Source: Azolla caroliniana (taxonomy: Eukaryota > Plantae > Polypodiophyta). Taken from it: DNA of 64,000 nt. Positions 50,118 to 62,500 of this stretch are shown here, piece by piece (position 1 is the stretch's first letter; each line of letters opens with the position of its first letter). The notes under the pieces are model-generated. The model was not told where the DNA came from, did no database searches, and saw only the letters and a list, made by a program, of their open reading frames with translations. The position numbers and the translations under genes were made by a program. The DNA lies in assembly GCA_043228905.1 (NCBI GenBank), contig JBHGNT010000008.1:5084001-5148000 (forward strand), given 5' to 3'.

Positions 50118-50488
50118 ATATATATATATATGTATGTATATGTATCATGTATGTATTAACCCTCATCCAAATATGTGATTGGGTATGTATTTATGTGGAT
50201 GTATGTATTGTATTAACTCTCTTTCAAATATGTGAATGAGTATGTATGTATTCGTAGTATGTGTGTTGGTATGTACAATGCATGTATGTGGGTGTACGTA
50301 TGTTGGTATGCAATGTATGTATGTATGCATGCATGGCATGTTGATGTATGAATGTATCATTGTATGTATGTGTGTATGTATGTATGTGGATGTATGTTGA
50401 TGTATGTATGTGGATGTATGTATGTATATGTATTCATGTATGTATGTATGTGGATGTATGTATGTATGTATGTATATGTATGTATGTG
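50118..50488. repeat. (TATG)n low-complexity tract in left MULE terminus
   Basis: Direct reading. Confidence 0.9.
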
Positions 50489-52231
50489 CGACGTGTCTAT
50501 TATGACACAAATCATAAAGAGGGCTGGTGAGGGAATCGCGACCACAGACGGTGCAGGTTGCTCAAAGAAGGCACATGCAATCTGCATCGTCGAATTTCGA
50601 TAAGGAAGAACGCGCGAAAAAAAAAGTTGTGCAGAGGTCGCCCAACCTTGTCAGAGGTCGCCCAACCGTTGGGTGACCAGTTTAAGCAAGTTGCCCAACT
50701 GCTTTAGGGCTTATATTGAGTTGGTCACCCAACCAACTCAATAAAAGATGTAGGTCGCCCAACCGTTTATTTTTAAAGCGGTTGGGTGACTTGCAAAAGT
50801 AGGTTGCCCAACTGCTTTAGGGTTTATATTGAGTTGGTCACCCAACCAACCCAATAAAAGATGTAGGTCGCCCAACCGATGACTATAAAAGCCTAAAACC
50901 TGTCATTATCTCTCATTTTTTCAAACGAGATTGACAGGTTTCTTTTGCCGGGAAAGAGTTGGGCGTTAGGCGGCCTACAATCAACATACACAACAATCAA
51001 TATCCTCCATCACTATTCCCAGGTATGTACTAAACCCTATCGCATCACTTTTTCTGTTTTTTTTACATGTGGTAGGAATAGTTGAGGGATTAGGGTTTGG
51101 AGTAGTTGAGGGATTTTGTTTCTTGTTGAGGGATTACAAGGATAAGGATTCATTACTAAAATCATGTAGAAGGCTCTACCTCAGACATGAAATCTATGCA
51201 TTGAATAAGGTAGCAGTATTCGATATTGCATCCTGAGTCTTTTAACTGCATAGTTAAGGTACAAAACATGGATATGCCATCACTATTATCCCCCCAAAAC
51301 AAATGGAAAAAATAGTAATAATAATCACGAAGTTGCATTTGAATTGTCTTAATCCTTGGTTTGATTGATTCAAAAAGGGGTATTTCAATCTTCCCCCTAA
51401 GATCATCCACATCAATTACCACATTTTTTTAATCTTCTTCGAGAATGTGTAACACTTTTCGTTGAGCGGCATGCAAGCAACCTCTACATAACGAAAGGAA
51501 AACTATCTTATGTTCTATCAATTACACATTCACTCATCATAATCATGGTTCCATACCATCATCAATAGCCTTACCCCCTCTTCATAAACCTTCTTACTTC
51601 TTTAATCCTATACTCTCTCTAGTTTACCAACACCAGAGACTCTGGCTTTGATTCAATTAACTCTCTTTTATTGTCAATCCCCAGAGACAGCTCTGTGCCA
51701 TGTTTAAACTGTCTCAATCCTTGTTTGATTCAGAATGGCATTGATTTAACCCTGAAGTCATTCATATCATTATCATCAATTTTTTTTTGTCATCAACAAT
51801 GTGTAACAATCTCATTGTCCTCTTTTCTTTTCTTCATTTTTTTAGTCATCAATAATGTGTAACAATGGCACTAAAGCATTGCCATTGTTCCATCCTCATC
51901 TTTTTTTCTTAGAGGTCACATCAACCACATTCACTGCAACACATGACTTTTCCTTTTAGGACAAACCACATTTACTAAATCATTTAACCTTCATATGTTG
52001 TTTTACACACAATCCTTACATACAGGGAGGGTCACCACCATCATCATTATATTCCTCCTCCTCTAATTAGAGATTTGGAACATGATAAGTAGGATATAAC
52101 ATATGGGGAGATTTGGAAGTGAGGGATTAGGGTTTCGGGTTTAGGGTTTAATGATTTGCTTGCTTAAACTTAATATTGTGTGTGTTTGAGTATTAAATTC
52201 AAAAAATGTTTGATTACTTGAATGGTGGTAG

Positions 52232-54250
52232 ATGGCTTCCAAGTCCAAGTACAAAGATTGGTGGGATTTCGATAACAGTGACATATATCCAACTCAAGAG
52301 AGGTATGTCACGAACCAATCTCCCCTAATACTGGTTTAGGGTTTGATGCATGTATGTTGACTCGTGATTTGTTAAAGGGTCTTCGTTAGAAGACATTGGC
52401 GAAGTTCGTCAGCCGACATGTGTACGAGTGGGGACAGAATGGATCAAACACATACGCCTCAAATCGAGCCCATACAGGCCATGGCAACATTTGACCAAGA
52501 TGCTCCTCCAAATGGTATGTGGATTTGGTGTCGTTCCAATATGTCAATCTTTATGCCAATCTTTATGTCAATCTTAAATATGTAACACATACAGAAGGAA
52601 CAGATGCTCCTCGCCCAGACTCGTTGTATAAGGTTGGAAGAGATGCAAATAGGAACAAGGCCCGTGTGTGTATCTATACTGAGTATTGCCGCCTCTCGCC
52701 AAGGTGGTATCGCAAAAAAAGTGACATGGAATCACATTTACGCAGGGAACATGGAATAGACATAGTCCTACCACGAGGGATGCGTATAGAGGAGGAGGAG
52801 GGTATTCCGGGGGTATGCTTTAATAACTATGAGCGTCAGAGATCACTCAGAAGATTCATGGACCCCGAAATCAAGTACAACAGAAATCGGCAAACATATA
52901 TCCGGAAGTTGAAGGTTAGGGCTGTTTCGAGGTACCACTCTATTCCGTCTGAACTCCGTCTTGACACAGAGGCAGAGTTCGTGGCGCAATTTATGGACAA
53001 TGAGATGGCCATATACGACTCCAAAAAGGATGAGCGTTTGGAAATGTTGGCGAAGAAGATATCATCCGGTTTGGATTCTTATGTAAGTATGAGCGAGGAT
53101 TTCATTTCATATATGTGTTGGAGGGTTTATTGGTAGAATTCAAATAATAACATGTGTCTTATTGTGGTGAAACAGTGTAAAAAGGCAGGGATATCCACCC
53201 AACCACAGGGTGTGTCCACGGATGTGGATGAGGCTCTAAACCCATCTGAGGGTGGTGTGTCCACTCCACCGAGACGGAGACGACAAAAGATGCCAGTCCG
53301 ACGGAAGGAGGTCGAGTCACACACTGATGTTTATTCCCTAACATCAGATTCAGATGACGTTGCACCGAATGTGGCCATAGTTCAAATTCAGCATGGCAAG
53401 GGCATAAGGTTATGGATCCAAACACCAAATAAACACTTTTCCAGGTAGGGTTTATGTGAAATATAAAGTAGTATCCTACTAACTGACATGGGGTGTGATG
53501 TACCTACTCAAACTACATATTTTTATGCATTCAGGTACCAGCTGACCTGCCAACGTCTCGATTTGGCCCTTGACGTTACCGAGTCAAATCTTGAGACCAT
53601 GTGCAAGTGTCGTGAAATGGCATCGACGTGGACTATGACCTTATTCACGTTGTGGATGGAGTATTCGTTGCCACTCGAGGTGACATAACGCTTCACTGTC
53701 GTCGACCCACTCTGGGTGACGCTACACCAACAGATGATGAAGGGGCAAGCCATCCTTAGGAAGGTGGCTGAATGTGATTATATGTTCATTTCGATCGTGC
53801 TTGACGGGCATTGGGTGTTGTGGACGAAGATGCGACAGAAAGTTTCTAAGCTAACTAGCAAAGTAGTCTTCTGCGATCCATTGAACAACGCAGCAACTGA
53901 CAACATGCGGAGAATGGCAGAGTTGGCGATTCGGGAAATTTCATCTGAACTGTTAGACCACACCATTGTGCCTGAGGGTCAACATCACGTATTGCACATC
54001 CCAACTCAGCCAAATTGTTGGGATTGTGGCTTTTACGTCATGAAGACTATCCAAATGTTGGTGGGGGAGTTCTTACAAGGATGGATATCTCTGACTTTTG
54101 TAAGTGTAATTGCAATGCCTTATTCATGTGGATTGTGTATAGATGTGTTCTTATACATATTTGGTGACAGGGCACAGAGATGTGGTTCACCAAACACGAA
54201 ATGGATTCACTTCGGAATCATATGGACGAGTGGGCACGAAGGGTACTAGG
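52232..54250 (+). pseudogene. Spliced MULE accessory gene: C2H2-like finger region plus Ulp1/C48 SUMO-protease domain; in-frame TAA at 53686-53688
   Basis: GHWVL...FCDPL...TQPNCWDCGFYV (His-Asp-Gln-Cys catalytic set); CxxxxxC...HLRREH; exon structure only partly resolved. Confidence 0.78.
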
Positions 54251-54765
54251 ATTTGCACCTGCGACCGGTGGCTCCATATTGTAAATTTTGTGAATGTTGT
54301 TTTCAGCACAAATTTTGCTATAGAGCTGATGTTATAACTATATTTTGGAATCCACACAAATTTTGTATAGCGAGAATCGACTCATTGTAGATCGCGATTA
54401 CTTATTAATGGAAATGTTGTTTACAACAAGTGTTTATCTCAAGTTGATTTGTTGTTTTAAACCAATCACAAGTTGTGATCTAAAGGTGATTTGTTGTTTT
54501 CAACCAATCTAAGTTGTGATCTAAAGTTGATTTGTTGTTTTAAAAGTTTCTCAAGTTGTGATCTCCAATAGATTTGACGTTTTAACCAATCATCTACTTA
54601 ATCCTTTCTCTATCTTATTGGTAAATTCTAATTTCACACAGCTCCTAGTTCCTAAAAGACTTTCAATTGACTTTAGCAACGTTCCTAGAACCTTCCTCGC
54701 GTATGTCTAAAAAAAGGACTTTTTTTATTTCTTTAATGAACTACGATTTTTCATTCAACGGAGAA

Positions 54766-55252
54766 ACCAAGTTGCCCAAACATCTTTAAATTAATTCTCT
54801 TTTGATATGGTCACCCAACCAGGTTGCCCAAACCTCTTAAAATTTATTCTCTTTTGATATGATCACCCAACCAGGTTGCCCAAACCTCTTAAAATTAATT
54901 CTCTTTTAATATGGTAACCCAACAAGGTTGCCCAAACCTCTTAAAATTTATTCTATGTTGATATGGTCACCCAACCAGGTTGCCCAAACCTCTTACAATT
55001 AATTCTCTTTTGATATGGTCACCCAACCAGGTTGCCCAAACCTCTTAAAATTAATTCTCTTTTGATATGGTCACCCAACCAGGTTGCCCAAACCTCTTAC
55101 AATTAATTCTCTTTTGATATGGTCACCCAACCAGGTTGCCCAAACCTCTTAAAATTAATTCTCTTTTAATATGGTAACCCAACTAGGTTGCCCAAACCTC
55201 TTAAAATTTATTCTATGTTGATATGATCACCCAACCAGGTTGCCCAAACCTC
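54766..55252. repeat. ~9.3 x 52-bp tandem repeat, each unit with GGTTGCCCAA and GGTCACCCAA
   Basis: Unit starts at 54766, 54818, 54870 ... 55234. Confidence 0.93.
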
Positions 55253-55379
55253 ATAATCTAGGTCGCCCAACTTGTTACCTAAACGGCCAAAAACACTGTC
55301 ACATTTTAAGTCATATTAAACCCTTCACCGTCATTTTAATCAGAGCTGACTCCATCTCTAGTTAATTACCTTTTAAGAT

Positions 55380-55805
55380 CAGATTCAATTAATCACATTC
55401 TCTATCTTAATCCGAAGCAATTAATCACATTCTCTATCTTAATCAAGTTCTTATAATCACATTCTCTGCCTTAATCACATTCTCTGTCTTAATCACGTTC
55501 TTATAATCCCATTCTCTATCTTAATTAGGTTCAATTAATTACATTCTCTAGCTTAATCAGATTCTTGTAATCACCGTCTCTATCTTAATCATAATCTCTG
55601 TCTTAATCATAATCTCTGTCTTAATCAAATTCACTTAATCACATTCTCTAGCTTAATCATGTTCAATTAATCATATTCTTATAATCGTCGTCTCTATCTT
55701 AATCATAATCAGATTCTCTATCTTTATCATAATCTCTGTCTTAATCAAATTTACTTTATCACATTCTCTAGCTTAAATTACCTCTGATTAATCACATTCT
55801 TATAA
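55380..55805. repeat. Degenerate TTAATCACATTCTCT repeats upstream of the transposase ATG
   Basis: Direct reading. Confidence 0.8.
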
Positions 55806-55819
55806 ACCAAGTTGTCGAG

Positions 55820-58744
55820 ATGAATCAAAATGAAATAGATTTCATCACGTCCTTGTATGATTCTGAGGATGGTTATGCATCACCATACTCCGCAACCATC
55901 GATGAAGACTTGGATTCGTCTACATCCGAAGACTATGAGTTGGCTTCATCTGAAGAAGAGGCGGAGGAGGTTGATCCCTTCATGTATTGTTCGGCGAGGT
56001 ATTTTGCGTTCACTAGAGGTATGTACGATTTAATGCTTAAAGATTTATTGGGTCAAGTTAAGGTAACATTTGAAATATTAAGCACACTCGCAAGGGGTGC
56101 ACCTCTTAATTTACATGCATGGAGGCGCATGAAGAGTCGTCTCACGCTTAGAAATGAGCATGCAATACACCTTAAGGCATCGCCTCATCTTCAGATTACA
56201 CATGTAGAGAAATGGAGGGAGATAGTATTGGCGTCACATTGTGGCGCATCGCACCGTTCTTTGACAAGTACTCTGTTAGAGTTAAAGAGACTTTGGTCCA
56301 ATGACCTTCGTGACCATGGGATCCCTAGTGCGTATGTGAAAGCAGTGATTGACCAATGTGGTTGTCAAGTTGTGTTGAGGTTAACTCCATCTGACATGGA
56401 GGGGACAAGTGTCGTGAAATATAAAAAGTCTAGACCCATAGAAGTGATCAAGATAGAGGCACATAGGGTTGATGATACGCTCATAGATGTTCAATTGAGG
56501 TATCACACATGCTTCCGTACAGGGATCACAAGGGGTGCACATGTGACTAGGTATAATTGTCACCGATGCGGTGTGGCCAACAAGCAATATCCATGCACTC
56601 GACGTAGAAAGCATTCATCTCGATGTGGGTGTACTTTTCATGTGAACGCTCGAATGAATGGCAGGGTTGACCATGGGACAGTGACCGTTTCAATATATGG
56701 ACCTCATACGGGTCATGTACCGGGAAGTAGACCAGATGCGTACTATTTGCCAGTGGCCCCAAATGTTATAAGTTGTTGTAGAGATGACCTTTTTGATGTT
56801 GGTTGCGCACGACATGTGGCACGAATGAGCATGCGTAAGGAAGCATATCATAAGTCCAAGGCTAGTCCATTAGACCTTGTGAGTTATAGGTTCTTTATGA
56901 TACCAAAGGAGGTCAATAACATGGCCAACAAGTTAAAAATTGGGAGTGCCATGTCAGGGGTTGATTGGTCTTTGATGATGCAAGATGCCTATGCCCTCCG
57001 AGATCTTGGGAAGGTGGCTCATGTCCAACCCTACTTGCCTGGTGAATATGGATCTCCCGCAAGGCAACCGTTCATCTTGGTGCTCCAAGATGAATGGATG
57101 TTAGAGATGTGTGAGCGATTTTCAATAAACAACTCTTGGGCAATCTACTCCACGTTTAAAACAAACCAATTTGGCTTGCCATTATATGCAGTTGTGGCCC
57201 CAAATGCCATGGGAGTTGGTATCCCATTATGGTACATGATATGTAGTTCTGATAAGGGGTCTAACCATGAGCAAGTAGCTTTAGAAACTTGCTTGAGAGT
57301 CATATTTGCACGGATGCCCAATGTGAGGCCAAATGCCATAGTCATCGATAAAAGTTGGACATCATATAATGCCATAAGTAATGTGATTGCAACAGACCGA
57401 TTATCTTGGATAGTTACAAATGGGCAAAGGTCGCAAACACATTGTCGACTTTTGTTGTGTCACTTCCACGCAAAAAAAGCATGGTTGGACAATTTGTTGC
57501 CAAAGGTAAGTGTAACTAAGAGAAACCATCTTTATAATCGGATGTGCCAACTCATGCAATGCATTACGGAATCCACATTCAATGCCCAATGTGAGGAGTT
57601 AAAGGTAGAATATGCAAACAAGCCAGGTGTTTGGCAATATATAGAAGGAGGATGGTGTGACTTGACATGTGTGTGGAGGAAACTGTGGCCCAAATTTGGT
57701 AGAATGTTCAACTACGGACATGTTGACACTACCAATCTCGTGGAGAGACATTGGCAGTTTATCAAATATACTGCCTTAAGAGGGAGGATAAACCGATCAA
57801 TTACCGATCTTGTGCATGTTTTAATCGGGGACAGTCAAACTGGAACTTGCATCGGGGGTACTGTTATTGAATGGTACAAGCAACGACAAGAAATATGTGA
57901 GAGTGGTAGATTTGCACCACGTGCAAATTGTAGGGATCAAACAACAAGACTTAAAGAGGCCGAAAGGCTACTAGAGAGGTATGAAACTAATGATGCGACA
58001 ATGCATATTGTGGACGAGCCCTGATATTGGTTTAAAATATTGAGCTTGACAAAACCGAATGTATGGTATAATGTATCGCTCCAATGTTCATATTGTGATT
58101 GCCAAGACCCTATGAGTAAATGTAAGCATATACTCGGCATCAGGATGATTATTGAGAGGCACATGCCACATCTATGTGGGTCATTGCCTTTTATAGATCA
58201 TGCAACCCATATGCGCAATGACCATTTCACAGAGACGGAAGTGGAGACAGAAGTAGAACCAGTCGAGGAGACAAACCCTATAACATCACAAATGGAGGAA
58301 TGGGAGTCGAAAATACAAACGGTTGAGGGGGCTATTCAATGTCTTAGGCAAGGGTTACGATCCCTTGACCGTGCAACAATTTTGGCATGTATGGAGTCCA
58401 TTGAAGAAATAGGTCAGACGCTGGTGTATCACCTAGGTGCACCGAAACCAACCAATGAAGAAGACCGTGGATCCATAGGGCGTAGGCAAGCAATTGGTGC
58501 AAAAAGGGGAGCATCAATCAACATTTCACAAGATCTCATTGGCAGCTCCCCAAACACTTGCAAGGCACACACAGGAAAAATGCAAAGAGGCGCAAGTCGA
58601 GCTAGGAGGCGGTTGCCAATATGTGCAACAGAGAAGATGCGATGCTTGCATTGCGATGCCTTGACCTTTAGATCAAGGGACTCAAATGTTGATTGTTGCA
58701 AGAATTGTGGTCGCATCTTGCCATCATCTCTGGATGAGCCATAA
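55820..58744 (+). pseudogene. MULE transposase (WRKY/GCM1-type finger, DDE, CxxH, SWIM, C-terminal Cys4) with in-frame TGA at 58022-58024 and first catalytic Asp apparently changed to Tyr
   Basis: WAI(Y)STFKTN, IVIDKS, LCHFHAKKAW, TTNLVERHW, CDC...CKH; the two ORFs share a frame. Confidence 0.9.
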
Positions 58745-59586
58745 ACATAGCTTGGGTGGTTTTGCGGACCGGTGCATTTGGGTTTACAATGTTTCAAGTG
58801 GATTTATGTTGATTTATGAGTGCATTTGGGAGTATGTCATATGTTGATTTATGTTTTAAGTTTCCTTATTCAAGTATGTCATCCTTTGATTTGGGTTTAC
58901 GGTGTTTAAAGTGGATTTACGTTCTCTGTTTTAAGTTTTATTTTTTTTAACTTTTAACTTTTATGTTTTAATATGATTATTTGTTTTAACATAAGTATGG
59001 TAAAGATCGTCGATTTTGAATAATTTAAGGTTGGATTTTGTGACTGTTTGATATGTTATTGTAAGTTTTTTAAGGGTAATGAACAAGCTTATTTGAAGAT
59101 TTTGGTCGAAATGATACATTTGGTTGGGCGACCTGCAACGGTTGGGCAACCTGCAAATGTCAGGGTTGGGTGACCTAAAACGGTTGGGCGACTTGCAACA
59201 GTTAGAGTTGGGCGACTTGCAACAATCAGAATTGTAACAGTCAGAGTTGGGCGACCTCTGACAGGGTTGGGCGACCATCGACTCAAAGTTGGGCGACCTC
59301 TGACAACTTTTTTTTTCGCGCGTTCTTCCTTATCGAAATCTGACGGTGCAGATCGCACGCGCGTTCCTCTAAGCGACCTACACCGTCTGTGGCCGCGATT
59401 CCCTCACCAGCCCTCTTTATGATTTGATGCAGAATAGACACGAGCATGTAGAATAGACACGAGCATGTATGTGGATGTATGTATGGGTTTAGGGTACTGT
59501 AGAGTGAAAATGCAGACACATACATACAGAATACAGAATATGTAGTTAGTTCTCCAATTGTCTTGGAACCCTCTTCACCATCATCG

Positions 59587-62500
59587 ATGAACAGAGTAAC
59601 CCAGAGATGGGTTCTACGAGGAAGACTACGACACCGGTCCTTCTCTTCTTCTTCTTCTTCTTCTTCTTCTTCTTCAGAGAGAGCAGAAGACTCAGCCAAG
59701 ATGATCGAGGTATGGGCATGGGGTAAAGGAGATAGTGGTCAGTTGGGAGCTGGAGATGATAAGAATCACAGGAAACCCCACCTCATCGCTCGCATTCAAC
59801 CTCCCCCGAATCTTCATCTTGCCCCAATGCAAGGATTGTCTGCAGAGACCCCTCTTTCGTCCATTTTCTCTAATGTGGGTTGCATTAACAACCTATCCTC
59901 AAGTCATCATCTTGGAAAAGAAGATCTATCATCGTCAATGCACCGTCTCCATCATGGGATTGAACAAGGTCCATCATCATCAGGTTTTTTATTTTCTCCT
60001 TTTTTTTTTTAATGTGAATTGTAGTAATCTATGGTCATGGAAAACTTACAATCATCATGAAAATTATGATCAAGTTCTACTCTCTGGGTCTGTGCTTCTC
60101 ATTATGTATTTCGTCACATCGCCATAAAAAATAATGTCCTCTCGTTATGTATGTCGTCACACCATCGTAAAAGATATTGTTGTCAAATCATTGTAAAAAA
60201 ATAATGTCTGCCATCCATTGTTCCTTATTCTGACTCAACCCTTTTTTATTCTCCCAATGTAGATTGCAATAATCTATCATCTTCCTGTGTGTCATTGAGT
60301 AATCATGGCATACAATGTCTATAACCATATATGATCAACCTTTTTTCTAAGGTTGACATACAATTAAGTCATCATAACCATTTTCTCTAAGGTTGATTGC
60401 ACCTATAAATGATCAACCTTTTTCCTAATGTGTGCGGGACTAACCGATTACGAAACCATCTTGAACAAATGTCTTGCATCAATTCATCATGAAAGAAGAT
60501 TTTTTGTCAATCCATAACTAGAAGAACTTAAACCATCAAATTAACATGAAAAAGATGGTCTACCAGCAAGTTATCATGAAAAAGAAGGTATATCATCAAA
60601 TCAACATGAATGAGAAGGTTCATCATCAAGTCATCTTGAAAAAGAAAGTTTTTCATACCTTTCGTCTCCTATCATTGCATATTAGATATTTATGTAAATG
60701 AAAGTCTATCATAAATCATGGTAAAAAGAAAATTTTCTTCTACATCTACAGTCGGAGTCTCTTGTGGGCTGTTCCATTCTGGATTGATTCTAGATGGAGA
60801 GATGTGGACTTGGGGTAAAGGGGAAGCCGGGAGACTTGGGCTCGGATCAGAAGTGCCAAAATATGGTCCTGTTTCGAACCCACATCTTGAAAATGTGCAT
60901 TGTCTTTCTCTCGGAGGCTTGCACTCTGCTGCTACTACTGCAGATGGAAAGCTTTATACATGGTAACTACTCTCAATCTCTTTTATGAAATGATATTATG
61001 AAATCCTTCATGGTCATTTGCATTTTGAGGTTTTTCTTAAACATTTACCACAAATCCTTTCGTGCTTAGACATTGTGAAGCTTGCTTACAACATGTTTAT
61101 AAAATACATAATTCATGCTCATCCACACTGTGCGGCTTACTTACAGCATGGTCATTCATATTATTTTTTGAAACATCCATTTGTGCAAACTACATTTTTT
61201 CATATGTATACACATCTGTCTAGAAGGTACAATGTATAAAGCTTTATATGGTGAAAAGTAAGAGAAAGAGTTCAACGTTCCTGTAATCAATAACTTCATG
61301 AACAGATGAAAATTTTGTTGCTCAATAAGCATCACTCAAGCTCTTAAATCTATGTTTAATTATCTTTTTAAGGTGATAAACCAAGAGGAAGAGTATTGGA
61401 GTTTTAGTTACCCAAAATCTTCGAATATTGGGTACTTTATAATGCAATCTTATATGAATGGCTAGAAAAAAAACCTAAACCCAAGGTCTCTGTATTACAA
61501 GGTGGCACTGTGCCATAATATATCTGGTCTTAGTGACGGTATTTGATGAGTTTGTATTGCATATCAATGACTCTGTTTTTGCTTTCATTTTTTAAATTAT
61601 TTTGTTTGGTTATTGACATCATTGTCTAGAACAAGGTTTATCTTTTCTATTAATATATTAATACAAGGATCATAATGCACTTCCAAGTTTTTTGATATGA
61701 AGGCTTGCAGGGGTTTTGGAGCTTTTGGAGCATTAGGTCATGGAAGATACAAGGCTGAGCTTTTACCAAGAAGATTACACCTTCAAAAAGATAAAGAAGA
61801 TAAAGTAGCATATGTTGCAGCCGGTGGGTCTCATTCTGCAGCGATCACCTCATCAGGTATTTAATTAACTGCATTTCTTGAAACTCTTCCATATAAAGAT
61901 GATAACTATAACAATTTTAGAGGAGAAACAAAATCCATGTAGTGGATGCTTACAATTTTTTTTGGTATTAAATCTTTTACTATGCATGTGCACACATACT
62001 CTCTCATAGGGGTGTCATTGGATAGAGCCACTGAGAGTTGTTCATGCACATAAGAATCTGTAACATCTGGTTTGATATGATGAGAGAATCTCTGTTACTA
62101 AGATATATGGTCTGGTAGCACAAACGAGATTTCTGATTCCAAGATATATACTCTGGCTGTAATATGGTAGTATACTCACATACCTTGTAAATTTAACTTG
62201 TTAATTGGATAGGTGATTTGTATACATGGGGCAGAGATGAAGGGGATGGAAGGCTTGGACAAGGGGATGAATTAGTTACAGATGAAGGAGCAGTCAATGT
62301 TCCATTGCATGTGTACCTCATGCCAGAGGCAGTCAAAGCAGTGAGCTGTGGAGGCTTTTTCACAATGGCATTATCTTGTGGAGGGAAAGCTTGGAGCTGG
62401 GGAGGTAATGACCTCTCTCATGTTATGTCTTCCAATGGAGAAAAAGAAAACTAGTAACAGTAATTGAACTTAATAATAAACTCCGAAAAAAACGTTTTGG

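Larger units (their letters stand above)
50090..59570 (+). mobile_element. Mutator-like (MULE) DNA transposon carrying a Ulp1-protease gene and a transposase; outer ends approximate
   Basis: ~170-bp inverted repeats (~50490-50660 vs ~59285-59450); GGTYGCCCAAC motifs inverted at both ends; candidate tips GGCACCAAGA / TCTTGGAACC; no clean TSD found. Confidence 0.82.

Noticed and set aside
50163-50603. H/T/Y/I and M/Y/V/C-rich ORFs
   Set aside because: Translation of a (TATG)n microsatellite
54766-55252. CRISPR-like regular array
   Set aside because: Units are near-identical along their whole length with no unique spacers; eukaryotic transposon context with no cas genes
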